Origin: Bugula neritina
Taxonomy: Eukaryota; Animalia; Bryozoa
Length of the DNA: 64,000 bases
Direction of reading: 5' to 3'
Assembly: GCA_964035545.1 (NCBI GenBank)
Contig: OZ037765.1
Span: forward strand, 26,225,504-26,289,503
The position numbers and the translations under genes are program-made. Shown piece after piece: positions 1 through 10,399 of this stretch (positions are counted from its first letter, which is position 1; each line of letters starts with the position of its first letter). The notes below the pieces were generated by a model. It was not told where the DNA came from, did not search any database, and saw nothing but the letters and a program-made list of their open reading frames with translations.

Positions 1-848
1 AGATGGACCACGCCCACCCAGCCCAGATTCAACACACCAGCAGGGCAGCAGATTCGCCAGCAAGCTAGTTCCAGGCCCATCACTGGACAGCCAAGCGCTG
101 CTCAGCCTAGGATGGCTAACCAGGCTGCCGCACCCCCTCGACCTCAGATCCAGCAAGTGGCTCCCAGACCTTCTTACAAATATGCAGCAACTTCCAGGAC
201 CAACGCTGCCCCTGCTCAACCTGCTGCTGCCGCTCCTCAGGTCAGCATTCTCTTTATCTGATGCCGGTTATGATTAAAATACTTACACATCCATGTTTAG
301 TGACATCACTCGGTGTAGTTTTGTCTATTCAAATGTTATGTTTTAGCAGCAAGCTGTGGTAGTAGCTGGACAAGAACCATTAACTGCTCCTATGCTTGCC
401 TCTGCACCTCCAGCTGAACAAAAGCAAATGCTGGGAGAAAGACTCTTCCCCATGATTGCCGATATGCACCCAGAGTTGGCCGGTAAAATCACTGGAATGT
501 TGCTGGAGATTGATAATGCTGAGCTGCTTCACATGCTGGAATCCAGAGAGTCACTCAAAGCTAAGGTTGGTATCTTCAAACTTGGTGTTTTCGAACTATA
601 GTTACTGTCAGTTGTGTCATAGTTACTTGGTAGTCTGATATAACGTGTTGACTCCACCATCTACTAATCTCCATTACTGTTGCGTGTGGAGCAGATTTAA
701 AAAAAAGTAAAAGGATAGCCTTAGTCGTGTGTTTTCTAGTGATTATTTTGTTGTTGTGTACCTGTAGGTTGATGAAGCTGTGGTTGTGCTCCAAGCTCAC
801 CAGGCTAAGGAAGCTGCCAGTGGAAAACCTGCTGCAGTTGTCAATTAA
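1..848 (+). CDS. PABPC1: Cytoplasmic poly(A)-binding protein, copy 1 (3' part only: Pro/Gln-rich linker and MLLE domain); exons <1-240, 347-565, 768-848
   Basis: MLLE signature [10 protein letters not shown]...[13 protein letters not shown]...[12 protein letters not shown]; GT-AG introns keep the frame; stop TAA at 846-848; AATAAA at 885 and 1002. Confidence 0.95.
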
Positions 849-1666
849 AAGTTAATTGGTTGCCTCATAAGGATATCCATTAACAATAAAACCTTAAACT
901 CATAAAAAAAATAGAAAAATGAAGCTGTAATATTTTGTTTTTGATGGCACTTGTTATCTCTTTTGTGTTGTTGTTAATGTTTATCTGTCATCTCATCGGA
1001 AAATAAATGTTGCATTTAAAAGCTTCATTCTCAGAATTATTTTGCCCCTAGAAACATTAGCTGAATTTTTTTTCACTATATATATATATATTATATCAGC
1101 TGCTAAACTGTGAAAAATGGCTACGAACTAGAGATATTTGTGTTTACTACATTGAGTAAAATGACCCATATCCTAGCTAAACTAAAATTTGCTCTGAAAT
1201 AACCTTTATAATTTGATCAAGTTGCATAACCAATATGCTTTATAGGTTAATAATGTGCATTATCATATAACCATACATTGCAAAAAATTGGCTTGCATTT
1301 TCAACTAAAGTCATAAAATATTTAGTCTAGCTGTTGTGTCTTGATCTGAACTGACAAAAAAGTATATATTTCTGCTCAACCTGGTAAAGTTGCAATTTGT
1401 TCACCTCAAACATGGTATTAATGGGAATATTGTAGAGATTTTGTATCGTTATATATCGGAAGGACAACTCCTCGCTGCTGATTCCCACTATGCATCACAA
1501 CACGATGTCTACATTTGCAGCTGACAACCGTAGCCCCCTGTTCACACATTGCCGCATCGTAAACCATAACAGCACAAACAAAATGGCGCTGCTGTTACAT
1601 TTGATCAAAGGGCGTTCACACATTGACGCAAAGTACAACGCATGTCGTTGAGTTATGACCAATCAT

Positions 1667-4600
1667 GGTCACCTTTCACCGCCGTGGTCCTGCGCGGGTG
1701 GCGGGTTTTTGCTTGATACCAAGTTCTACCAGGCATCTCCATCGAACTCGATCTTCAGCATCTGCGCCATCTAGATCGAGCCATCTAAGGTCTGAGTTTA
1801 TTGTATCACACCATCTTTGCTTTGGTCTACCCCTAGGTCGAACTCCCTCAACTGTCATCTCTGACACTCTCCGGATGTCTTCCTCGCTTTCTCTTCTTCT
1901 AACATGTCCATACCACTGCATTCGTCTTTTCCTCATCAGGTCTTTAATTGGCATCACTCTCGCTTCTGCTGTTATTTCCTCATTTGGCTTATGATCCTCT
2001 AAACTGACATTCAAACTGTATCGCAGCATGCGCATCTCACATGATGACTTCTTGTCTGCCAGAGATTTTGTGATGAGCCAAGTCTCATTTCCGTATAGTA
2101 GGGTTGGTCTGATAGCTATTTTGTAAATCAGCACTTTGAGTTTTGTGGGCATTTTCTTGTCACAGAGCACACCAGACAGCTCTCTCCACTTATTCCAAGC
2201 CTTGGATATTCTCAGCTCAACCTCCCTCCGGCAGCCTCCCTCTTGTTGGATTGTTGTGCCCAAGTACTTGAATTTGGAACACTTAGGCAGGCTTTCTATA
2301 ACCTGACCACCATACTTCTTCATCCCGATGTTTTCTTGGTTTCCGACTGCTGGCAGATGCTCGGTTTTCTTTCGACTTATCTTCAATCCTGCTGCCTCTA
2401 TTTTCTCTCTCCAGATCTCTAACCTTCTTTCTAATCTCTCTCTATTACTGTCGCACAGGACCAGATCATCGGCAAATAGCATTGCCCATGGGCTGTCCTC
2501 GTTTATGTCTTCTGCTAGGACATCCATAATTATGATAAATAGCAGCGGGCTTAGCCTAGGGCCACACGATGCGTATTTTCGCATGCGAAAATTGAAATCA
2601 CAAGTAGCAAAGGTGTCCACTGTGCGCGTTGAGAAAACCTTCGCACTTGTCGCTCTGCATTTTCAACGCAAGTGCGAATCGTCTCTGTCGCCGTCCCCTA
2701 ATTGGCTGGTAGCTATTCAGCGAGCCCAATTTCTTTATTTAGTGCTATATTCCAGTAAATTGCGTTTTATTGAAAGCGAGTGCGATTTAAAAATGAAAGC
2801 TTTATTTACCACGCATCACTGACGCTACAGTGGACACCTTTGCTACTCGTGATTTTAATTTTCGCATGCGAAAATACGCACAGTGTGGCCCTAGGCTTAG
2901 TGCCGATCCTTGATGTAATTCGACTTCGATTTGGATTTTGCTTGTCAACCCAGAGTCTGTCCTAACACTAGTGCTGCAATCTTCGTATATGTCCTTTATG
3001 ATGTTGATGTACTGCTTTGGGACCATTCGCTTCCGTAGGCAGTGCCATATTAACTCACGTGGTATAGTGTCGTAGGCTTTTTCAAGGTCCACGAACACCA
3101 TATGGAGCTCTTTGTTGTGCTCTCTGTGCTTTTCTTGCAGTATTCGGAGGCAGAACATGGGTTCTGTGGTTGATTTCTCTTTCTGAAATCTATACTGATT
3201 TTGCTTGATTGTAACTAATTCTCTGATTCTCTGTTCAATGATCCTCTCTAATAGTTTGAGGCAGTGGCTTAGCAGTTTTATCCCCTTGTAGTTTCCACAG
3301 TCTAGTGGGTCTCTTTTCTGTTTATATATTGGTGTTATCGTGCTCTCTCTCCAGTCAGGTGGTATCCTTTCGGAGATGATATTGTTCAAACACGCTGTCA
3401 TCCATGTAGTTCCTCTCTCTTTCAGCAACTTTATGATGTCAATTGGTAGCTGGTCTGGCCCTGTGGCTTTGTTAGCTTTTATATTTTCTATCTGGGTGTT
3501 GACTTCATCTTCATGGATTTCCGGTATTGGTCCTTGCACTGGTAACTGCGGTGGCAGTTCCTCCCTGTTGTTCTCATTATTTAGTAGGCCATTGAAGTAG
3601 TTTTTCCATCTCTTTTTGATTTGCTCGTCTTCACACAGGATCTTTCCATTTACGTCTTTGACAAAAGGTATTCTGTCAATATCCTTAGATCTCCAGTGTC
3701 TAGTTTTAGCTAGGCGGTGGATGATCTTTGGTCAATTCTTGTCTAATTCATCATATACGTTTTCTGATGCTGCTTGTTTTGCTATAGCTACCTTTTCCTT
3801 GCTTATCTTGTTCCGGCTGGTGTATCGTTCTCTTGCTTCTTCTTTGTTTTCTTCACTTGCTATTTTCCACTCTTTCCATGCTTCTCTTTTTTCTTTCACT
3901 GCTGACTGTACTTCTTCATTCCACCACCAGGACTCTTTCTCTAGGTACTTTCCTGTCACTGACTCTCCGAGAATCTCCTTGGCTGGCTTCATGACCATTG
4001 GATAAGTTTCTGCCCACTGCAAACCTTCCTCAGTGTAGATTTCATCTAGCTTCTCACTCAGTTTCTCTAAGAGCTCTTTCCCCTTCGGCTTTCTGAGTTT
4101 CCACCAGCTAATCTTGCTTTCTCTTTTTCTGGGTCTTCTCTAATTCTTTCTGGCTAGGATTTCAACTACCAGAAGCCGGTGTTGAGATGCTACGGATTCG
4201 CCCAGGATCACTTTACAGTCCTTGATCTTGCTGATGCTTTCTCTTCTAATCCCGATGTAGTCAATTACAGTTTGATTCAGTCCACTCTTGAAAGTGTAGG
4301 TCTGGGCATCACTCTTAGTGAAGAATGTGTTTACCAGTGCCAGGTCGCACTCCCTAGCATAATTCAAAATTCTCTCTCCTTCTGCATTGATGTTTCTACG
4401 TGTCTTGCCACCATTCCATCTTTCAAAACCATCCCTCTCTACTCCAACATGACCATTGAGATCTCCGGCAACAATCAGTTCCTCCGAAGTGGGAATACTG
4501 TCCGATATTGCCCCGAGTTGAGTCCAGAATCTGTCCTTTTCTTCCTCTTCACACCCTTGTTGTGGTGCGTAGGCTGACACGATGTTATAGGTCTGCCGGG

Positions 4601-5126
4601 GCGTCACTAGCTTCATATTCATTATTCTATCTGACTTCCTCTCTACTTCTATAACATTGTCTTGCCATTCCTCTTTCAAGCAAATAGCAACTCCATTCTT
4701 AGGTCTTCCTCCTCCACTGTAATATAGTTTGATGCCTTCCCCTATGTTCCTTGCCTTTCCTCTGGATTTCCCACCCGTCCATCTTGTTTCCTGCAGGCAT
4801 AATATGTCAATGCTTCGCCTCACCATCAAATCAGCAATCTCTCGACTCTTAGCAGTCAGCGTACCAATGTTTAAAGTCGCTATCCTGATCTTCTGTAGCC
4901 TCGCTCGCATACTTCTCGCAGGGTCAGCAAGGCGATCTAACCTCTGCGCACCGCTTAACACGGGGGATGCCCTATCATGGTCTGGTATCTGTTGGTTTTC
5001 AAGCATATTGTTTGGGGCTGGGGTGTTTTACCGGCCGGATGCTCTTCCTGTCACCGAACCCTCTGTCTTTATCCGGGCTTGGGACCCGCTGAGATTTACA
5101 CTGGTTTGTGTACTCCTCAGGCGACA
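1667..5126 (-). mobile_element. RTE-clade non-LTR retrotransposon, near full length, inactivated (APE endonuclease + RT, frameshifts, MITE insertion)
   Basis: APE motifs ATLNIGTL, ILCLQETRW, GDLNGH, IDYI, SQHRLL (4140-5006). RT motifs FVDLEKAYD, HQGSALSP, MLFADDLVL, FKYLG; C-terminal RPRGRPKQRW. Perfect 19-bp TSD TTGAGTTATGACCAATCAT at 1648-1666 and 5127-5145. Confidence 0.95.
2554..2896. mobile_element. Tourist/Harbinger-type MITE (343 bp) inserted in the RTE RT domain
   Basis: ~70-bp TIRs starting GCCTAGGGCCACAC; TTA duplicated at 2551-2553 and 2897-2899; removing it restores the RT motif QGSALSPLLF. Confidence 0.92.
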
Positions 5127-8100
5127 TTGAGTTATGACCAATCATAATGAGGTTAATTCTTGTCTGCAGTGACTTGTACGCCTTTGGATATTATTTACAA
5201 ATTATTCACAACATTCTTTTCAAAAGATATTATATAAATGCCATTGACTAGATAAGAGCAATTAAATGAAAAATCTTTCTTTTAAATATATTTGATTTTT
5301 AAAATAGTTGTGCAAACTTACTTAAATAATGAATATTTAAGCCGTCCAAATCAATTTTAAGTTTATGGTTTGCGTGCTTTTGTGTTACCCCCTGTTCCCC
5401 CTATTCACACTTACCGTATTGTACGCCGTAACAGCAAATATCGGCCATTTTTACAAATGTTTGAGCTTCCTGTACGGTGTTGCGGTACGGTAGGATCAAG
5501 CAGTGCTTGATTCAATTAAGTTGCGGCGGACTCCTATTGGACAGAAAAAATATTTGCGTTAATTCATTGGATATAATTGTCCAATGAAGTGTCATAGATC
5601 GTACCTAATAGCGGACTTTGAAAACTTCAGCCCGGACACATTAAAAATGGCTGATATTTTACGTTACGACGCGCGTTACGGTAAGTGTGAATGACCCCCT
5701 GTTCACACATTGCCGCACCGTACGCCGTAACAGAACAAACAAAATGGCGAAGCTGTTGCATTTTGTCAACGGGTGTTCACACATTGCCGTAAAAGCACAA
5801 TGCATGACGTTGAGCTGTGACCAATCATAATAAAGCCAACTCTTGTCTGCGGGGATTTGAACGCCTTTGAATATTATTTACAAATTATTCGCAACATTCT
5901 TATCAAAAGATGTTATATAAATTCTATTTACTAAATAAAAGCAATTACATGAAAAGCATCTTTTTTAAATATATCCGTTTTTAAAATAATTGTTCAAACT
6001 AATTTAAATAATGAATATTTAGGCCGTCCAAATCATTTTTAAGCTTTTGGTTTGCTTGATTTTGTGATTAAGGAAAGCTAAATTTTTAAGCTGAGTTTAA
6101 TTCAAACAAGCCCGATAAAGATTTTTTAGTTTTTTAAAACTTTTGAATTGGTTAAATTAAATCAAAAATAAGCGATTAAAATAACCTAGCGAAAATGTTC
6201 TTTAAATTTTAGTACCAGATCAACTCTACCCAATAAGAGCCCGCCGTGATTTTTTGAATCAAGCACTGCTTGATCGACGCCGCAGCGTATACCGGGGTAC
6301 GATTCAGCCCAGATGTTAACAAATATGGCGGATATTTGCTGTTACGTAACATCCGCCATCTTTGTTAACATCCGGGCTAACCCCCCATTCACACTTACCG
6401 TACCGTACGCCGTAACAGCAAAAATAAAATGGCGACGCTGTTGCATTTTGTCAACGGGTGTTCACACATTGCCGTAAAAGTACAATGCATGACGTTGAGC
6501 TGTGACCAATCATGATAAGCCAACTCGTGTCTGCGGTGATTCGAACGCCTTTGAAAATTATTTACAAATTATTCGCAACATTCTTATCAAAAGATGTTAT
6601 ACAAATGCTATTTACTAAATAAAAGCAATTACATAAAAAGAATCTTTCTTTTAAATATATTGGTTTTTAAAATAATTGTGCAAACTAATTTAAATAATGA
6701 ATATTTAAGCCGTCCAAATCATTTTTAAGTTTTTGGTTTGCTTGATTTTGGGATTAAGGAAAGCTAGATTTTTAAGCTGAGTTTAATTCAAACAAGCCGG
6801 ATAAAGATTTTTTAATCTTTTAAAACTTTTGAATTGATTAAATTAAATCAAAAATAAGCGATTAAAATAAACTAGCGAAAATGTTCTTTAAATTTTAGTA
6901 CCAGATCAACTCTACCCAATAGGAGCCCGCCGTGATTTTTTGAATCAAGCACTGCTTGATCAACGCCGCAACGTATACCGGAGTACGATTTATCCCGGAT
7001 GTTAACAAAAGTCGCTAAAATTTGCTGGTACGGTAAGTGTGAATAGGGGGAATGTGTGAACACCCGTTGACAAAATGCAACAGCGTCGCCATTTTGTTCT
7101 GTACGGTGCGGCAATGTGTGAACAGGGGAAAAAGCAGACATAACCTCTTTTAACCAATAGGAATTCAGTAAGACTTTTCTGCCGTACTCTTAGCAATCAA
7201 TAGCCAAAACAATCAATAGAGAGAACCTGAAGTACCGTACGCAAGGCAATAATAAACTGATCCATGAAAGAAAACAATAACATGGCTATATTGATGTTCA
7301 CAAAACAGAGGTCTTTGAGGTACTCACTTGAACTATGAAAATAAACACGATCATGAAATACAATTGGTCTTGATTGGTTAGAATCAAAGTGAAAGTAGGT
7401 TAACTACTTGCAGTTAATGATCGCAATATTTTATAACATATTTTTATTGTGAATTAATATTATTATTATTAGTGTTATTTGAGGTCAAACAGTTATAATA
7501 TATCTGATTTTTTATCAAGGTTTGATTGACAAACGGATTAATAACCAAAACTGCCCGAAAAGCTAAGACTAAAGCAAAAATATATCGTTGCACCCATTTT
7601 ACTTTTAGTTTTAATCATTTTGATTTTAAAGGGATGTTGACTAAAATGGGTGTCGCAGAAATTATTACTTGGTTTTCAGACTTTATAAACAACTCTGGTT
7701 GTTGAAATTGTTCTCAGCGTGCTTTCACCAAGGTTAATTTCATACTCTAAGTGTTGACATCTATACAAGCTAATGAATAAAAATAAATTTAAATTGTAAA
7801 AATTGCATTAAGTTCTTCGCGACATCCCCAATTTTTGACCCCAAGAATTTTCATCATGATTTAATTCTTATTTATCTTTGCTTTGCAGTTTCATAATTTG
7901 TTTAACCAGTTGAGTCTGTGTAAAACCTCGAAATAATTTTAATAATGTTATTTATAAAATTATATCTGTTCAAAAAGCTTAACGCAAATACTATTCTCAA
8001 TGAATTTTTTTGTTTTATATGAAGCTTTATAAAAATTTCAAAAGTAACAGTAATACAATTAAACTTATAAAAAAAACCAAAGAAATGACGCCATACCTTC

Positions 8101-8630
8101 TAGGACTCGAGCCGGGCCTGGAGGTGGAGACCCCCACAGAGTGGAGGGACCTTACAGTGGAAACTCCAGGAGACATCAGGACGGAGCCGTCCACCGCAGA
8201 ACTGGTGGCCCGACCCGTGGAACTTTCGGATCCACCGGTAGAAGCACTGTCCTTTTTAGACAGGGGTCAGCGCACCAGACAACCTCCAATTTACCTCCAG
8301 GACTTTGTGTGTGACTGCGTTAAAAGCGGCAGGCATCTGAGTCCAGCGGTGGCTTATGCGGAAGGTTGTCATACCGAGTGTGAGAGGTGTACACTCGGGA
8401 GAGAAAGTGAAAATGACTTTTACGAGGGCGGAGCGGTGGGTGAAATTAATTCGCCCGAAGCAAGGAGCCCCAGTCACGTGCAGCAAACACGCTGTCCAGC
8501 CTTTTCTTATGCTGACGTCGTTAAAGGCAGACGTGTTCACACTTTCTCTTCAAAATTATCCTCGAACGTTGAGTATGTCTAAGAGTACCAAGTTCAAAGG
8601 TTAGTCCCTCTAGATCTAGTATTCCTATCT

Positions 8631-9746
8631 ATGGAAACGGGTCTGTTATCAGCTAATTCTGGCTTGATTAATTCAGAGTTGCTGAAGACCATGTTGATCA
8701 CGAATGACGACGAAGACGTAGTAATGGCCGACGATCTTTTAAATCTTGAGCTAGATGCTATGGTTCTTAGTCAGTCTACGCCTTCGACTGCTGTCTCTCG
8801 AGTGCCTTATAAAAGGGTTCGTGACTCTCAGGCTATAAACCGCCGGTTTTCACTAGAATTATATTGTAAAAATCAGCCTCGATCTAACAATAATTCTGCT
8901 CTTTTAGACACCACTCGTACTCCTGTTCCTTCAGAGATGCCCTCACTAGAGATGGCCTGGGATCTGGAACCCACACAATCCACTACAACTCTTCCTGTGA
9001 CCAGCCGCAAGTTACCACACGCTCTCGAAACCAAGTCCTGTTGGGCGGCGCCAGAGATGGAGCGCATCATCTTACAGCAGAGGGGAAATGCTGACAATAC
9101 TACCTGCTATCTATGTCAGCAGCACTTTATGACCCCTCGCAGGCTGCGGGTCCATATACCTCAATGCTACATCACAACTTTCTGCCCTTGCGGGGAGTAC
9201 AGCTATCATTGTGACTATATATTAAGACACCAACGCACGGTAAATTGCTCCACGGGCTACATCTTCGATGTCGATGAGCTGTCATTCCCCAAATTCTTCG
9301 AACTAATACAACTATTCGTACAGGACGCATCTAAATTGGAACGATTGCTACAGGGATTTCCGGCCCCCAGGGCCATCACCCAAGGACCCGTTCCCAAACC
9401 TCCAAACTACAGGAAACCCGGTACTACTTACAAGGAATCTAGCCCTCCGCCCTTACCTGCTTCCCTACCCCACGTTGTGTTACAGTGGGTAGATTCCCAA
9501 TCCTCACGTACAAGACGACACAGGCGCTCGCCTTCCCTCCTTCCTCCACCACAACAGAAAAGGCCGTGGAACTCCCCGGCCCGAGCTCCTCCTTCCGCCT
9601 GGAACTTGAGAGAAATAGAGGCCCGCATTGCCGAACTAAAAGGAGAGATTCACAGGCTTTCCCCTAGGATATTAGTGGCGGCAAAGGAACTACAGACACT
9701 AAGGGACTCAGTCTCCAGGCTCAAGCGGTCTGAACATAATAATTGA
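8631..9746 (+). CDS. 371-aa accessory ORF in the LTR element: two C2H2/C2HC-like zinc fingers, basic Arg/Ser patch, C-terminal coiled coil
   Basis: C-x2-C-x3-F-x5-L-x2-H-x3-C (CYLCQQHFMTPRRLRVHIPQC), then C-x-C-x12-H (CPCGEYSYHCDYILRH); RTRRHRRSPS; heptads LREIEARIAELKGEIHRL...LQTLRDSVSRL. Uninterrupted ATG-to-stop ORF. Confidence 0.7.
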   Translation: METGLLSANSGLINSELLKTMLITNDDEDVVMADDLLNLELDAMVLSQSTPSTAVSRVPYKRVRDSQAINRRFSLELYCKNQPRSNNNSALLDTTRTPVPSEMPSLEMAWDLEPTQSTTTLPVTSRKLPHALETKSCWAAPEMERIILQQRGNADNTTCYLCQQHFMTPRRLRVHIPQCYITTFCPCGEYSYHCDYILRHQRTVNCSTGYIFDVDELSFPKFFELIQLFVQDASKLERLLQGFPAPRAITQGPVPKPPNYRKPGTTYKESSPPPLPASLPHVVLQWVDSQSSRTRRHRRSPSLLPPPQQKRPWNSPARAPPSAWNLREIEARIAELKGEIHRLSPRILVAAKELQTLRDSVSRLKRSEHNN

Positions 9747-9921
9747 GTACTAGCCCTGCTATCTGTGTGATGCTCATTCAGCCTGTGTGGCACACTCCCT
9801 ACCTTACTCTTGTTCGGGACGATCTGTGTGATGTTCCTTCAGTCCATTATCGACACTTGCCTGACTCTGTAACGTGCCTACTATCTAACATGGTTAATCA
9901 TGTATTTATATTTTTCTTTGT

Positions 9922-9953
9922 TATATATATATATATATATATACATATATATA
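9922..9953. repeat. (TA)n microsatellite
   Basis: TATATA run with one CA interruption. Confidence 0.9.
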
Positions 9954-10399
9954 TCTGGCGCAATTGTATATGGATGGTATCCATCTTTTTTTAATTTTTT
10001 TTTGGGATGTGTGTAAAGATGCATTTTATGTTTTGTATATTCCTCTTTTTTTGATACACCTCTCTGCCAGAGTATAATTCTCAGGAAGTGAGCTTCCTGC
10101 TGGAGGGGGTGGTGTAATCGCTACTAGAAGTGTAGTCATGGCGTTTGTTCTATAACCCCCCCCCTCCCCCCGTTTATAATGTGGAGAGACCACGTGGCCA
10201 AAATACGAGCCTCCAATCAAATGTCGAGAAGGCACGTGACTAATACTAATCAGGAGGACCTACCGGACCACAAGTAGCAGAGCATCTAGACTAACTATAG
10301 ATAGAACACACTTTTATCTGGCTGTATCGTTATCCCGTATTCTGTACCTTGTTACCTAAATGTAACTCTTTCTTTTATAGTCTATATTGTGTAGATATA

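Larger units (their letters stand above)
1534..7128. mobile_element. Nest of non-autonomous PIF/Harbinger-like MITEs (TIR CCCCCTGTTCACACATTGCCG or CCCCCTATTCACACTTACCG), several copies, hosting the RTE insertion
   Basis: Left TIRs at ~1534, 5388/5397, 5695 and 6381; inverted right TIRs at ~5675-5693, 7027-7050 and 7105-7128. Near-duplicate internal bodies at 5695-6330 and 6381-7020, plus the split copy 1534-1666 + 5146-5385. TTA/TAA precede several left ends. Harbinger call is inferred from the TWA context and the TTCACAC terminal motif. Confidence 0.75.

Noticed and set aside
2554-2900. N-terminus of ORF 1676-2620 and C-terminus of ORF 2802-3539 as real protein
   Set aside because: Both are translations of the inserted MITE TIRs.
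5085-5122. Hammerhead ribozyme at the RTE 5' end (CTGAGGA followed by a stem)
   Set aside because: No GAAA core after stem II, and CTGAG pairs with the downstream CTCAG as a simple hairpin.
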